Positions 1 to 13,711 are shown, counted from the whole stretch's first letter. The stretch is DNA of 62,946 nucleotides, filler included, from Reticulomyxa filosa (GCA_000512085.1; 22 parts of 22 records of this genome joined end to end with filler, not necessarily neighbours in it); one strand, 5' to 3'. Made by a program: numbers and translations. The notes: a model not told the origin generated them from the letters alone.

Positions 1-2555
1 GAAAAAGGGTTCCCTCGTTCATATTAAGCTTTTTTTTGCGTTAAATACTTTAATATTATTAAGTATAATTAATTTTTAACTTTTTTTGTTAGTAAAATCA
101 ATGATGACTTTATAATTTGTCCTGAAGTTGGATGTATCTATTTTTCAAATGAAAAATTTTTTGGATGATGAGTTTTCTCAATTTACATTGGTGGATTTGT
201 TCCAAAAGTTGATATTGCTGCCTCTACTTTTGGGGCAAATTCTTTTGTATATATGTAGTCTCTTGCTAGTATTGATAATTTTTCCAGTCAACAGAATTTT
301 TCATATAGTTTGATATTATAATTTTTTTTTAATGAAGAATGCTAGTAGAGTCATATAATGATCATGAAATTTGAGCGACAATCAAATGCACTTATGAAAA
401 TCTGGTGATTGATTTATGACATTACATTTACTGTGTTGTATACAGTAATATTCATAACTCCAAGGATTCTGTCAAGATGTCGTTTATATAGTTCAGCTGA
501 CCATTCGAGAATGCACATGCATGCTCCAACGATTTCCTAATTATCGCTTTGTAAACATGTTATAAACAATGAATATTAAATAAACAAGTTTTCTAGATAC
601 TTTTCTATAGATATAATTAATATGATGTTAGTGTGTAAGTTTGTAGTTCATTATTAATCCTAAATATTTACCATATCTGCTTCTTGAATTAGTGCATTAG
701 AAACTGTTCTGATTTGCTTTACCATGGTTGAAATTCTGCTTATCACTGGTGTATAACTTGTTTTCATTTAGGTATAATATTAACATCATATTAACATTTT
801 TCTAATAATTTATCAACACTGTACATCAATTCAATCAGTCTATAATTTTTATATTTGCTGTTTTGTCATTTGATAAATGATAGTGGAATGACTCCAACAT
901 TGTTAGAATTCATTGACTTAAATTTATAGAGTAATTGTATTGAGTTACCTTCATGTAGTGATTGTACGTTTCCAACCAAATAATCTTATTTTTCATATCT
1001 AATTGTTTTTTTCAGTTCGTTGCGACACTTACTGAATTAACGTTTGAATCTATGAAGTTGCTTATGCTTTCTATGCAAGAATCGCTCTACAATGGCTTGT
1101 TACCTTCCATATTTCCTTCCAATTGAATACTGAACGTAATTGGTAAAGAATCAGAATCAAGATCCAATTTATCATTATCATCCTTCATTAATTGATATTT
1201 CGATTTGTTCCAACTCTATATCAAATTTATAATTTGACATCATTTTTTTCTAGATCGTGATTAAATTGACTGGAGTTCAAAATTTAGAATTCATTTTGAA
1301 TAATGAAATTCTCTAATACTATCTATTTTTTTCATCCAACCAGATTAGTTCAATCTCCACTAATAACAATAAATTATGTTATTTTTTTGGTTGTTTATAC
1401 TTCATTTTCAAATGATGAATTTATTTTGGTGAGATAAAACAAATCTTTGTGTTGGAATAGATTGATTGTCTGCACAAAAAGCTTGTTCTTTCTGTATACA
1501 TGTGTTTATAAAAACAATTTTGTAATTAATGATTTGATTTTATACAATATTTGCACTTCATTGATGTAATAATTTAATCCAAAACATTTTTTGTATTGAC
1601 AAAAATGAGATTTTGGATTATTACGATTGTTATTAAATGCTTTGCATGACGCAAAATTCAAAACAAATTTGTATTTATCACTCTTGCAATATTTTGTTAA
1701 CGTTGTGTAAATTTGTTAATAATACTTTCAATACTTGTAAACATTCGAAAGTTTTACTTTTTCCACGCTATATTTTTTAATAATACATATCGATTAAGAT
1801 CTGGATTTTTAACATCTTTAACATCTTATAATCTTTTTTCCTTTTGAGTTTTTGCATAATTTAAGTTAAAACTGAACATGTCATTTATTTTCTGATTGAT
1901 TCCAAACTTTTTTTTATTTTCTACACTTAATTGTTGTCTTTGATTAAATTTGACATTAATTTCATGTAAATTTTTAACTAATACTTTTACATTAAAATAC
2001 AAATACATTATTTTCCCAAGTTAATAAAAACGTAATTCACTCTAATGTATTTTTCATTTTTTCCAAATAATTTCAATATGGACCATTTATTGATAATTTG
2101 TTGCAGAAATATTCCTCATTGTTGTCAGATCGTTGACAAGAAAGATGAAAACTAATATCATTATAAGTATTTATATGTTCCATTTTCCTTTTCTGTCTTT
2201 TTTAAATATATTTTTTCTTACATTTTCACTTATATTGTGTATATTATTCTTGTAAGATTAGTGAAAATATATCTCACAATGATAAGAATTTACATTATTA
2301 AATAAATTGCAAACAAATTAATTATAAATCTATTTATTATTTTCCCCTTTTGGCTTTAAGGATTGAAAAGAATGATGGATATGAAAAAGGAAGAAAGAAA
2401 ATAAACAGATATTTATTTTCAATGTAATATCATCAGTCCCAACAATTAGATTATTACATTGCTAATGTCTGTTGTTGTTATTTCATCTTTTTTTTCTTTT
2501 CAAATACTTTATTTCTATCATAAAAAAGAGGTATCACTTGAAATATTCAATATCA

Positions 2556-2920
2556 TGTAGGACAAGGCCCTACTAATTACAGGAGAAGTCCCCACTCCTA
2601 ACAAAAGAACCCTTTTCCTCCAATAAAACAATCTTTAACTTTAACCTTATCAGACTTATCAATAAAAGGGAAACAAAAGAAAGAAAGTGAAAAGTAAGTT
2701 TGTAGAGAAAAAGGAGACTTCAAACTTCAAACTTCAAACGAAACCTTGATATCAATAATAGAACTAATTTTTAATATCTGTCATATTGTTTTTATTTAAA
2801 TGTAAATTTTTGTGATTTCAATGATATTTGTTTATTCTGATCTGCTTGATTTTTGTTATTATTTGCCTTTATTGTTGTTGTGGGGCTTATTTTTTTTTAG
2901 AACTTTAAAAAAGTTCTATA
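2556..2920 (+). mobile_element. Possible decayed solo LTR
   Basis: Begins TGTAGGAC and ends GTTCTATA (imperfect inverted repeat with two C>T changes). Internal AATAAA motifs and (CTTCAAA)3. No clean target-site duplication. Confidence 0.25.
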
Positions 2921-3343
2921 ATATTCTGAGATATGTCTCAAAAACCAGAGAAGGTGAAGCCAGTGTTTCTCTATTTATAGCATTTGTGGGAATTTGAAGA
3001 AAAGATGAATGCTTTTTTTTGTATTTGTGTGATGAAAGCAGAAAGAAAAAGAAAAAGAAAAAGAAAAAGAAAAAGAAGTTTTGCCAAAAAAATTTAATTC
3101 CTTTCAATTACTCCCGATTTGGTCAAGAATTTTCGATTTTTTTTTGGACGTGTCGAAATTGACTTAATGGTAAAAGATAATAGCGATTTTATTACCTTAC
3201 ATACTGTGGAAAATTCAAGTTCAAAACGGAACCAAAGTGTTGGATGTCAAAATTACAGATATTGCATACGATACTCAAGTTAACTATACAAACAAAATGT
3301 CAATAAATGAAAATACACAACTAGTTTTTTTGTATTCCAAAAA

Positions 3344-3443
3344 NNNNNNNNNNNNNNNNNNNNNNNNNNNNNNNNNNNNNNNNNNNNTTAATTAATTAAN
3401 NNNNNNNNNNNNNNNNNNNNNNNNNNNNNNNNNNNNNNNNNNN
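3344..3443. other. Artificial contig linker (44 N + TTAATTAATTAA six-frame stop + 44 N); first of 21
   Basis: Identical 100-nt spacer starts at 3344, 6829, 8315, 14747, 18214, 20646, 21834, 25362, 27072, 29043, 30572, 32746, 35471, 36638, 38247, 40828, 44836, 46246, 48967, 54901 and 56656. Confidence 0.99.
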
Positions 3444-3889
3444 GAGTTCATATAAATTGAACCTGTATTGAAAATAAGAAATTTTTTAATCTTTTTATTT
3501 TCATTTTAGGAATCTTCAAGTCAAGTAGATACTTTAAAAAAGATTAGCATTGTATCTTTCGTAATTTTTAACAAAATTTTGACATTTTTAAAAAAATTTT
3601 TTTTTTTTTATCAATTTTTTTTGTAATGTTTTTAGTATTTTGTTGATTTTTTTGTGGCATTGGCTCAACTAGAGCTTAACATAGTTTGTTGTCAGTTTTT
3701 TCACATATTTTTTCAAATTTTTCCCAAAGTTATTGTTGTTAGTTTTTTCGCATATATATAATTTTACTTTAATTTTCCAACAAATGCTATCAATTGGATT
3801 TAGGTCTGGTGAATTAAGAGTAAAATTTATCAGTTCTATTATTTTCTTTAAACCAATACATTATTTTTTTAGTTTTGTGACATTATAAA

Positions 3890-4060
3890 TCTTCTATGAC
3901 CTGCCAGCTCCAGCTTTTCTTTTTACAGTTCCATTACACTTATATGACGACAGCCAAAATCGAAGATATACTTATATTAAATGTATTTGCTACATATCGA
4001 ATGCTAGCTCCACCAAACAGCACACCAACAACAACTCTTTTCTAAAAAGCGATCAAATGT
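3890..4060 (-). mobile_element. Decayed Tc1/mariner/IS630-like transposase N-terminal HTH fragment
   Basis: Minus-strand translation RVVVGVLFGGASIRYVANTFNISISS (frameshift) YKCNGTVKRKAGAGRS fits the Tc1-type G.S.R.+A..+..S.S....Y...G.+.RK.G.GR pattern. Confidence 0.55.
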
Positions 4061-5185
4061 TTCAATATTTTAAATATCAAAATTTTGAAATGTCAATTAA
4101 AAATACCGACAATAAAGAAAATTATTAAAAAAAAAAAGAATTTAATATTTAAAAACTACAATATTATTATATTTTTTTAAAAAAATATGTTTAAATCTTT
4201 ATTTTTCATTTAGAAAATAGATTATCTTCATATAGTGCCATTTATTTATGTCAGTTTTTTTTGCAATATACTATATAATGTCGACAATATTGTGATTGCA
4301 GATTAACACTTATTGTGCGATTGTATTCATATTATCGCTTAGTGTAATATATTGAAGACACTACACTGTTAACTATGCACTTATTCCAGCATTGATATCA
4401 TTGTTAGAGTAAATACCTTTATTTTTTTTATTATACTCGCGATATTATCCACAAACTCGTTCAATCAATCCACATATTCACATTCCAATTGCCGCCTTGG
4501 AGTCTCCCACTGACAAACTTATGCCTTGGTCTTTGCTCGCGTACTTCGTCACTCTTAAGTGTGTCTACTCCAACTTACTAACAGCTTTTCGTGTCGCTTC
4601 CAACAACCGAAGTACATTCTCTGTTGCCACTACTGGGTCCAGTGTCTATTATTTGTTCAAATGTCAAAATCAATCTTTTAAAAAGTTTTTTTTTTCTATC
4701 TTAACATGTGCAATCTGTTGCCCTCGCCGAATTGCCATTTTGTATGATACCATTTGCTGATCATTGAAACTGACGCAATTGATTACACTGTTATGAGTTT
4801 ATCACCAAACATAATACCAACATTGCATTGAGTTGTTCCAAGATTGTCCTATTTGATTTTTTAAGATTGTGCTTATGTTTTTTTGGATGAAAGTGTGATT
4901 TGTTAAATGAATAAAATGATTTCTTTTTTTTAACTACTTGCACCGATTCAATAATAAGTGCGTCAAAATTGATTCCACATTCCTTTTTGATATTGATCAG
5001 CCTCTCTACAAAAATTTCATGCAAATTGGAATAGTCTTGAAAGACTTCCTTTGCAGCATGCAGGTTGTAAACATAACTTATTCATTTGCATACAAAAGGA
5101 TACAAGCTTAAAAAAATTTCTGTGTACTTGAAACGTTAAATAATTGGGTATTCAATAAAATAATTCTGCTTTAGGCTCTGCGCCA

Positions 5186-6828
5186 ATGGAAAAAAAGGCT
5201 GATGATAACGAAGAACAAAAGGTGGCCGCTCCTTCACAAAATAAAGAAGGCAACAAAGACGTAAATGCGACTCTCCAGAAATGGATAAAAGAGCAAACTC
5301 AGCGTCCAAAATTTGAATTAGATATGGTGTTTATTTTGGATTGCACTGGATCAATGAATCCATACATAAAATCGGCTCGAGATAACATTAATCACATTGT
5401 TGATGAGATTTCAAATGACAAGGATATATCGTGTGACTTAAGATGTGCGTTGATTTGTTACCGTGACTTTCCTCCGCAAGATGAGACGTTTGTCACCCAA
5501 ATCACGCCTTTTACGTCTTTGCCACTCACAATTAAAAGCACATTATCCAAGATGAATGCCACCGGGTACGTACAGCTTTTTTGTGTGTGTGTATGTGTTT
5601 GTTTGAGGAGAAAAAAAAAAAAGAAAGATGAAAAGTTTGCAAATGTACACTTCACAAAAAAAAAAAAAAAAAAAAGAGGAGGAGATATGCCTGAATGCTT
5701 GACAAAAGCACTATGGGATCTGAGATACTCACTAACCGATGGATGGCGCAACGACAGTATAAAAGTGGCCGTCGTGATAACCGACGCCCCTCCCCACGGT
5801 ATTGAAACACATATGTCGGACGGTTTTCCGGACGGGGACCCGCTGAACGTCGAGAGTGACGAAATGCGACCCGAAGGGTGTGAGGCGTCCAGCATGTCGT
5901 CGAAACAGGTCAAAAGTGATACAACGCGCTGTATCAACGTGTTGGACGTAATCCGAAGTATACGTGACGATCTAAACCTGTCAATTTACAGTGTGGCGTG
6001 TGAACCTTCGGTGAGCACGCAATCCGATTTTGCGAGAGACTTTTTGGAATACATTAGCGAGTGCACCAATGGCAAGTACTTGCCCTTGACGAACGCCACG
6101 TTGCTGCCTTCGGTCATTATTGGATCGATTAAGGAACAAGTCGTGACGGATCAGTTGGTCAAACATATGGACGAACTCATATCCACCATTCAACGTAACT
6201 ATGCCCAAGAGTATGGTGAGACAGTCACACTCAGCGAACAAGAAATCGGTGCGATGATCACAAAGGAATGGACCAATGCTGGACTGAAGAGCTGCGAGGT
6301 CAGCATCGGCAGCTTGTATCGTAAGACAAGGTCTCGTGTTAATGTCGATCTATTGCTCAACGAACAACGCGTTAAGAGTTTGCAGGACTTTAAAAAGCAG
6401 TGCACTCAGCTGCCCAGACTCAACTATGACGATTTTCGCCATTTGTCCACTGACACTCCCGACACCCGGTCCTCTTCTCCTCCATATCACTTCGGTGGTG
6501 ACATGGCCGATAGAAGTGTTGGACGCAGTCGACCGTATAGTGGACGTGGACGTGGCGGTGGACGTGGTGGTGAACGTGGTGGTGGACGTGGTGGCGGTGG
6601 ACGTGGTGGTGTTGCACGGGGTTCACGCGGACGTGGTGGTCATGTTAGTCGTGATCGTGACCGTGACCGTGACCGTGATCGTGATAGCGATAGTAATGGC
6701 GATAGCGATCGCAATCGCGGGCATTACAAATGCGCCGTGCTTCCTGGTGATGCGTCTGGTAAAGATTTGGAAAGGGGACGAAGTAAGAGTCGAAGCAAGA
6801 GTCGAAGCAAGAGTCGAAGCAAGAGTCG
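5186..6828 (+). CDS. vWA-domain protein (alpha-kinase/VwkA-type vWA) with C-terminal RGG, RD and RS low-complexity tail; one intron 5566-5676; 3'-truncated by contig end
   Basis: LDMVFILDCTGSM MIDAS motif, ALICYRD.PPQD, VVITDAPPHG. Removing GTACGT...AAAAG (111 nt) restores ATGGGDMPE. Confidence 0.85.
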
Positions 6829-6928
6829 NNNNNNNNNNNNNNNNNNNNNNNNNNNNNNNNNNNNNNNNNNNNTTAATTAATTAANNNNNNNNNNNNNNNN
6901 NNNNNNNNNNNNNNNNNNNNNNNNNNNN

Positions 6929-7270
6929 AACAACAACAACAACAACAACAACTACCACCACCAAGTACCGATTGAAGACACAACGGTGGAAATCACGGAC
7001 GAAGAGGTAATGAAGGAATTAAAGGAAATGCTAATTGATGAGGCATGGCAAGACCGCATTGATATGAAGGCCGCTGAACGCATTGAAAAACAACAAAATG
7101 CTTACCGCGATGAGTTGAGAGAAAAACTCAAGGCGGAAAAAGAGAGGCAGGAAACCTGGAATGAAGCAAGAGATCAGAGGGTAGATAATTGGAGAATTTT
7201 TCAAAATAATAATCACAAAAACAAATCTAAAAAATCAAAGAAAAAGAACGGCGAGGGATCTCATTTCTAA
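6929..7270 (+). CDS. C-terminal part of DnaJ subfamily C member 8 / Spf31-like protein (5'-truncated)
   Basis: Charged helix followed by WNEARDQRVDNWRIFQ and a Lys-rich tail, resembling the DNAJC8 C-terminal motif (EESRDGRVDSWRNFQ). Confidence 0.7.
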   Translation, partial: NNNNNNNNYHHQVPIEDTTVEITDEEVMKELKEMLIDEAWQDRIDMKAAERIEKQQNAYRDELREKLKAEKERQETWNEARDQRVDNWRIFQNNNHKNKSKKSKKKNGEGSHF

Positions 7271-7508
7271 AATTGTTTTTGCTTTTGTTTTTTTTTTTTT
7301 TTTTGTTTGTTTTGAGATTTGCACAAAACAAACCAAAATTCTCCTTTATAAAAGAAAAACAAAAAAAATTGAAATATTTTACAATAAATAAAAAAAAATG
7401 TTAATCTTTGGAGGTAGCTTTTTTCTCCTCTTGTGTCTTACCCCTTCTATTTTTTTTTTGAAGTCGGGAAGATAATACATAATAATATCCACTTCAAATA
7501 GAAATAAA

Positions 7509-8314
7509 ATGAGCCAAAATTCTGCTTTGGATTTACTTGAGAAGGCAATAAAAGACGTAACATTAGTCTTTTCCAAGGAAAAAGGAAATGAAGTAGCGTT
7601 GACCCATGCACAATTGGACAGCCTTTACAACGCACTGATCAGCGGTCGCAATGAGATAAAGTCATTGACAACTCAGGTGCGATCGAAGAACGAAACAATA
7701 AATCAGCACTACAACGAATTGGAGCAAATCAAAACACATGTGCGAAGTGAAATTAACGAGATAAAAAAAGAGCTGCTAGTTTCTGGAGCGCAAGCATCCG
7801 GACACGAATTTCGCCAAGCGCTCAGAGATTATCTCGCTCAAATAAAGCAAGAGTTGGCATCTCTTCACTCAAGTTATATTTATATATGTCTGTCTATGTA
7901 TATAAATCTTCGTTGGCAAAGCGACTCAATTAAATAAATCCACATACATATACATTGTTATGTGTTTATAATTTATATAAATAAATAAATATATGTATAC
8001 ATATATATAATGCTTTTAAAAAAAAAAAAAAAAAATCAAAAACACTCGCAATTTCGCACAAACACGTGGAAACAAGACAAAAGCGGTTTGAAAGACGCGC
8101 ACTCGCAACAGACACTGTTCCAAGTGAAAAAAGGATTGCTAGATATCCGCAAGCAAGTGGAGAAGCGTGAGACGGAGGCCGAATCGATAAAGACAAAGTT
8201 AACAAGACAGTTGTCGGAGTTGCGAGCAGAGTTGGAACAGATTGAAAAAAACAAAATCAAAACGGAATCGACCATTCGCAACTTGCAAAAAGGAACAAAG
8301 AATTGAAGTTATTG
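7509..8314 (+). CDS. Coiled-coil hypothetical protein, two exons (intron approx. 7873-8076)
   Basis: Two heptad-rich ORF segments separated by a GT-starting (TA)n/poly-A intron-like stretch. Confidence 0.55.
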
Positions 8315-8414
8315 NNNNNNNNNNNNNNNNNNNNNNNNNNNNNNNNNNNNNNNNNNNNTTAATTAATTAANNNNNNNNNNNNNNNNNNNNNNNNNNNNNN
8401 NNNNNNNNNNNNNN

Positions 8415-9717
8415 TTTTTTTTTTTTTTTTATAAAAAAAATTGTGACAGTGTGATCAGTAAAGAACCAGTTCTGTCTCCAATGGTCGCGCAGCGATGGCG
8501 CAAAGTGCAAAAAATGCAAACAAGTTCGAACTCGGCGACATCTCTGCCGTCGGAGTCGGAGGAAGACAGCAGCAAGCATGACCCGAGCACCACTCCTACG
8601 TTGGGCAGCAATCACAGTAGCAACAGCAGCAACAACACAATGAAGATGGAGCGCCCCAAAGACATTGACGTGAAAAAGTATCACTACAAAGTATCGGGCT
8701 CGTCTGCCATTTCTTCTCCTTCTCGTCATCGCAACAGCACCGGGTCCACACCCATTGAGGAACACAACATGGTGGAGGCCGACTTTGCTGGCGTGGGCAA
8801 TCTTCGAAAAACGAACAAACGACAAGAGTCCGAAAAAGTACTTTCGAAAGAAACAAAGAAAAATACCGGAGGTGGCAAGCGTGACGAATACGACAGTGGA
8901 AAACGCCTTGCTTCGCCCTCACGTGAAAGTACGAACAGTGCCAACAGCAACACTAATGCAACTGCGACCACGGACAATTCAAAGTCGGTGAACCAAGTTC
9001 CGAAATTAACGTTTACGTATCCCAAAACGCAGGGACATGTGTTCATGATTGATGGGAAAAAAGGAAATATTTCGTTCGAATATGATCTCAATAATCCCGA
9101 CTTGTTTGCTCGTCGGGCTTCGATCGACATTGTACATGTCACTGGTTATGACCAAGAGTCCACTGGTGGGGGAACGCCCAAAAATGAACGCCTACTCCGC
9201 GGAATACCGTTGAACAATGTTTATCAATGTCATGTCAACATTCATGTCGACAAATTTATGCGATTGGATAAAAAAACTTACAATTAATTGTTCATTGCCG
9301 TTGCAAAAACAATAAAAATCAAGCTTTGTCTTTCAAATCGAAAATATATCAGATTCATTTTATGCGGAGAAAAGCTGGTATGCTTTTTTTTTCCCATATA
9401 CGATTGTTTCATTTTTGTGGTTCATTTTGTTTATTGCTTTTATCACTATCCTTTTTTTTAACATTTGACAAACTAAACACAAAGACACACTACCGAAACC
9501 GTTGTTATCACCCTCTGCGAAAAAAGCTCCGAATAAACAGGAAAATGACAACAAACTAAAGGCAAAGGAGGATACCATACGAAAACCGTCCACACCCCGC
9601 TCTTTAAGTGTCGAATCTCATACTGCCGTTGTTTCCGATAAATATGACAATAATCAATTGGAAAATAATCATAGTAATGAATTGGTTGTCGTTGATTATG
9701 ACGGAAGTACACTTTGA
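8415..9717 (+). CDS. Ser/Asn-rich hypothetical protein (5'-truncated, probably multi-exon)
   Basis: 278-aa ORF with coding-like composition plus a downstream 71-aa ORF. No family recognised. Confidence 0.5.
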
Positions 9718-10573
9718 TTTGATCTTTGGAATTGGTTTAACCCATAAACAAATTTGTTGAAACAAGCAAACAATGCGACTTAGTCATAAAACAATTTTGC
9801 ATAAAACATAAAAAAATAAATTGGCCATGTACCTATTTTGTCTTTTGTGTATGTCGGTTTTTTTGTTTCGTCTTTTTTTGATCTTTCAATACTTTTTTTC
9901 TGGTATGCCCTCAAAGCCTTTGACGGCTGAAAATTAAACCGTATAAGCCCATGTCGGCAATTTTGTTTCTTTATTTATCTTTCAATGTTATGTACGTAGT
10001 CCCCAATGATGTAAATGGTAAGAGTAAGGGACAAAGTGTAAGTGTGCTTTCATTCCGCAATGATATTTATAAGGTTAAAGTAGATATTATTGTTGTTTTT
10101 TGTTAAAATTGACAAAAGACAAATTTAATTAAATAAACTTGAAAAAGTTATCTCGATCAATACGCAAAATTGATCGTGTCGGAGCCATGTGTATTTCATT
10201 AACATATATATTGTTTATGTATAATTGACTTATCATAAGTAATATTATTATTTTGTGAATAAAATCTTTTTTAAATTTTGTACTATACTTTGTTTTAGAA
10301 TATGGTTCAAAAACAGAATTATGTATTATAATATTTTTTGTATGCAAGATAATCCTAATTTTTTTTGTAAAAGTTGTTCAACAAAAAATTTTCAGGAACG
10401 TGAATGCATCGAATAAATTTCAACAAGTTATGAAAAGAAGTCTAACAAAAAATGAAAGAAAAAGCTATAATGTTTTCATATCATGATCAACAAGTTTTTC
10501 GTAGTCGTTAAAACCTAGTGAAAACAGACTGGTATCCAAAAAATCATTATCTCACAGAAAAAAAAAGGATGCG

Positions 10574-12971
10574 CTATAACAACAACTTCGAAGGACTCTC
10601 AATGTATTTTTTAAAGGCTGCCATGTATTGAGCAGCAAGAGCTCCGTCAACAGTTCTGTGATCCGAGGATATAGTACACAGCATAGTTGACGTAGTTTTG
10701 AGACCTCCTTTACCATCAGGTTTGACAACGGTGTTTGCCCCTCCAATGGCGATGATACATGACTGAGGAGGATTAATGATTGCAGTGAATTGACTCACAC
10801 CATACATTCCCAAGTTGCTAATTGTCAAAGTTCCACCCTATGTTTTGTCGGGATGGATTTTGTACAGAATCATAGAAAACAACTTTATATCAAAAAGAAG
10901 TACCTGAAACTCATGCGGTAACAATTTATTGTTTTTGGCACGAGCTGCTAACTCTTTTACAGTGGATGAGATATTTCCAACTGTCCTTGCATCAGCATCG
11001 GTGACAATGGGAGTGATCAACCCTGTTGGCGTCGCGACAGCCACAGATATATCAACGTAATTATACTTTCGAAGTTTATCACCAATCCAAGACACATTAA
11101 CATCGGGGACATCCCGAATAGCGTGAGCAGCGGCTTTAATGATAAAGTCATTGACTGAGACTTTCAGTTCTTCATTTTCGTTCATTTGTTTGCGCAAAGC
11201 CAGCAACTCGTCCATTTGACACTCAACAGTGACATAATAATGCGGCGAGGTTGACGTTGATTCGGACAGTCTCTTTGCTATTATCTTTCGCATATCGGAC
11301 ATCGGAATATCGACATAGGAGCGATCTGTGCTCGGCCCTTTGCTTTCTTTCACTTTTTTCTTCGCGTCTGCACCTTTTTCCACACGCACGCTGGAGCCTT
11401 CCTTTGCTTTCGATGAAGCTACCTCCGATTCCTTTGCTTGTGTCTTTGTGGAAGAACTTGATGCTGTCTCTATTGTCAGTTTAATTGTCTTATGTGTTTT
11501 TTTTTCTTTTTTACTTGTCACATTTTTACATTTATTGAGACTCACCTCGAACTCCATATCGAAAGCGAATGGAGGGTACACGTCCACTTGTTTTAGTTTC
11601 ATCTATTTGCAATATTCAATAACCACCTCCTGTTTTGTCTTTTTTTTCTTCCAAAAAATATACATATATGGATATGAATATGTCTCAAGTTTGATGAATT
11701 GTCATACCTTTGGCTGTCGTCTCTTCCTTTGGACTGGTCGTGGCATTTGACTGTGGGGACTGCATTTTTTTTTGTATTGTATGCACATTACAATTTTTTT
11801 TAAAAAAAGGTTGGAACGATTCAAAGGGGTCATTCAATCTCCAAACATTTTTTTTTTTTTATTTTTTATAAAAAAATAAAAAAGACAAATAAACTTGAGA
11901 TGAAGTTGAAGAAGGAGCACTAGACGAAGAAGATGGCAAAAAGACAGAAGCATCAATACTCTTAAATTTGTCAACCAAAGACGCGTCTTGCACAATAATA
12001 GCAATGGGCGTCCCAACCGGAAGTTTTTTTTCTGCGTTGGCTGGATATAATCGCTTTGCTATATATCCTTCGTCAGTCGACGTCCATGCGACCACTGATT
12101 TATCTGTTTGAATCTTTGCACATCAATTCAATCCATTATTTATTTATTTATTTTGTTAGTGTTTCAAAGTTGTTCACAATTTTCCTCAAGTCTATTTTCT
12201 ATCTTCCTCTCCCCTTTTTTTTTTTTTAAAAAAAAAACTTAAAAAAAAACCCCTTCTCTTGGGAAGAATAATAATGAGTGTTTTTTTTTTTTTTTGGAGA
12301 ATGTAAAACTTGAGCAATTTCGGCCCCCTCTTCGATTTTGTCCCCTTTCTTTTTTTAACCATTCCACTATTGCTCCATCTGTTGCTGTTGGACTCAGGGC
12401 TGGCATTGTGTGAACCTCATGTGGAGGACTTTTTTTTTTTTTTTGAGAGAACAGAAACCCCCGCACGCGCGACACATACATCAACATACACATCATATAC
12501 ACACACACATAAGTATGTACGCCAATGCAAGGTGCCAAACAATTAACAAGTCAAGGCAATATTATATCGCCTTTGGGATACATCCACTCTCATTGTTTGT
12601 GGAAAAGTCTCTCGTTCGCTGTTGTTTGTGCAAAGTAAGCGATTTACTCAACAATTTCCTGCGGCACCTATTAAATTCATTACACAATCATTTGTTGCAC
12701 ATTATGCAAAAAGTAGTGCTTCTCTTCATGCACTCTCTCCTCTCCCTTCTCTTATCGTCACTTCTGCCTCCTGTTTCAATTGCATCGTCTAACTTGCAAA
12801 ACGTTTTGACAAATTGAACGTCTTCTTGTTGAGCACTGTTGACTGGTTGGTAAAGTTACTTAAGGGTGTACCATGATATGACACTGCTGTGAGACGCTTC
12901 GTTAAAATGCGACAATTGGGCAAGAAAGCGTTCAACAAGATTGGATATGTCTTCTTTGTGTAACGCAACAT
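10574..12971 (-). CDS. DLAT: Dihydrolipoamide acetyltransferase (pyruvate dehydrogenase E2), mitochondrial, multi-exon
   Basis: Lipoyl domain MPALSPT...IQTDKS...DEGYIAK. Catalytic domain MRKIIAKRLSES, DISVAVATPTGLITPIV, TISNLGMYG, SSDHRTVDGA. Basic N-terminal transit-like peptide. One homopolymer frameshift near 12345. Confidence 0.95.
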
Positions 12972-13711
12972 GATATTGCTGAGCTTTTTTAGATTCTCTA
13001 TCCCTTCGGGCTAATAGATGTTGCACTAACCTTTTCATAAAAAAATTTTGATATCAATCTTACACTATGTCTTAAGGCGTTTATATAAGTGTTTAGAGAA
13101 TATTCAAAAAAACTAAAATTGACAAAGAAAATCAAAAGAAAAGCTAAAAAATAACTTAGTTGAGAATTTTAGAAAGTAAATCTTCAAAAGATCTCTTTGG
13201 AAAACTACCTTGCTGTTATTAATACAAGACTATAAATAAATAAAAGGCTTTTTCAAGGATTTTTTTGGAGCTACATATTGATAACATCAACAACTGAGAA
13301 AAAGTATTTGACTATCTCTTTCATTGCAATCGAAATTACTAATCAATGATGAACTGAATACTAGCATTTGTTTTCAGCAGCTTAAAGTATATTTTTGCAT
13401 TTGCCCTTTTGATTTGTTGAAAATTGCTAAAATTAATTGATGCAACATATTACTTTGCTCCAAAATGATATGAAAAGAATTTAAAAAGAAAACGTACTTA
13501 ATTTATTTACTTGACTTGTATTTAAACAAAACTTCATTTTTTAAACTTATTTTTTTTAATTCGTCGTACCAGCCGTTTGAAGGGTTTGCACAATGAAAAG
13601 TTTAGTTCTTTTTAGTTTTTTGTTTAAACTAACCTTGGTTCTTTTGGAGTTTTGCTTTTTGAAGGTAACTTTTTTGCATTAAGTATCGAGAAACTTGTTG
13701 TGAAAAGTATA

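Noticed and set aside
1-1560. Possible decayed gene on the minus strand
   Set aside because: Coding-like patches but many stops and no recognisable motif.
3344-3443. Regularly recurring TTAATTAATTAA motif between N runs
   Set aside because: Artificial six-frame-stop linker used to concatenate contigs; not biological.
4440-5100. Minus-strand exon-like fragments with intron-like gaps
   Set aside because: Multiple stops and no identifiable homologue.
12335-12355. Programmed frameshifts in DLAT, Rab32, ART and HUWE1-like genes
   Set aside because: Most slips lie in homopolymer runs, typical of pyrosequencing-type error; cannot be distinguished without reads.
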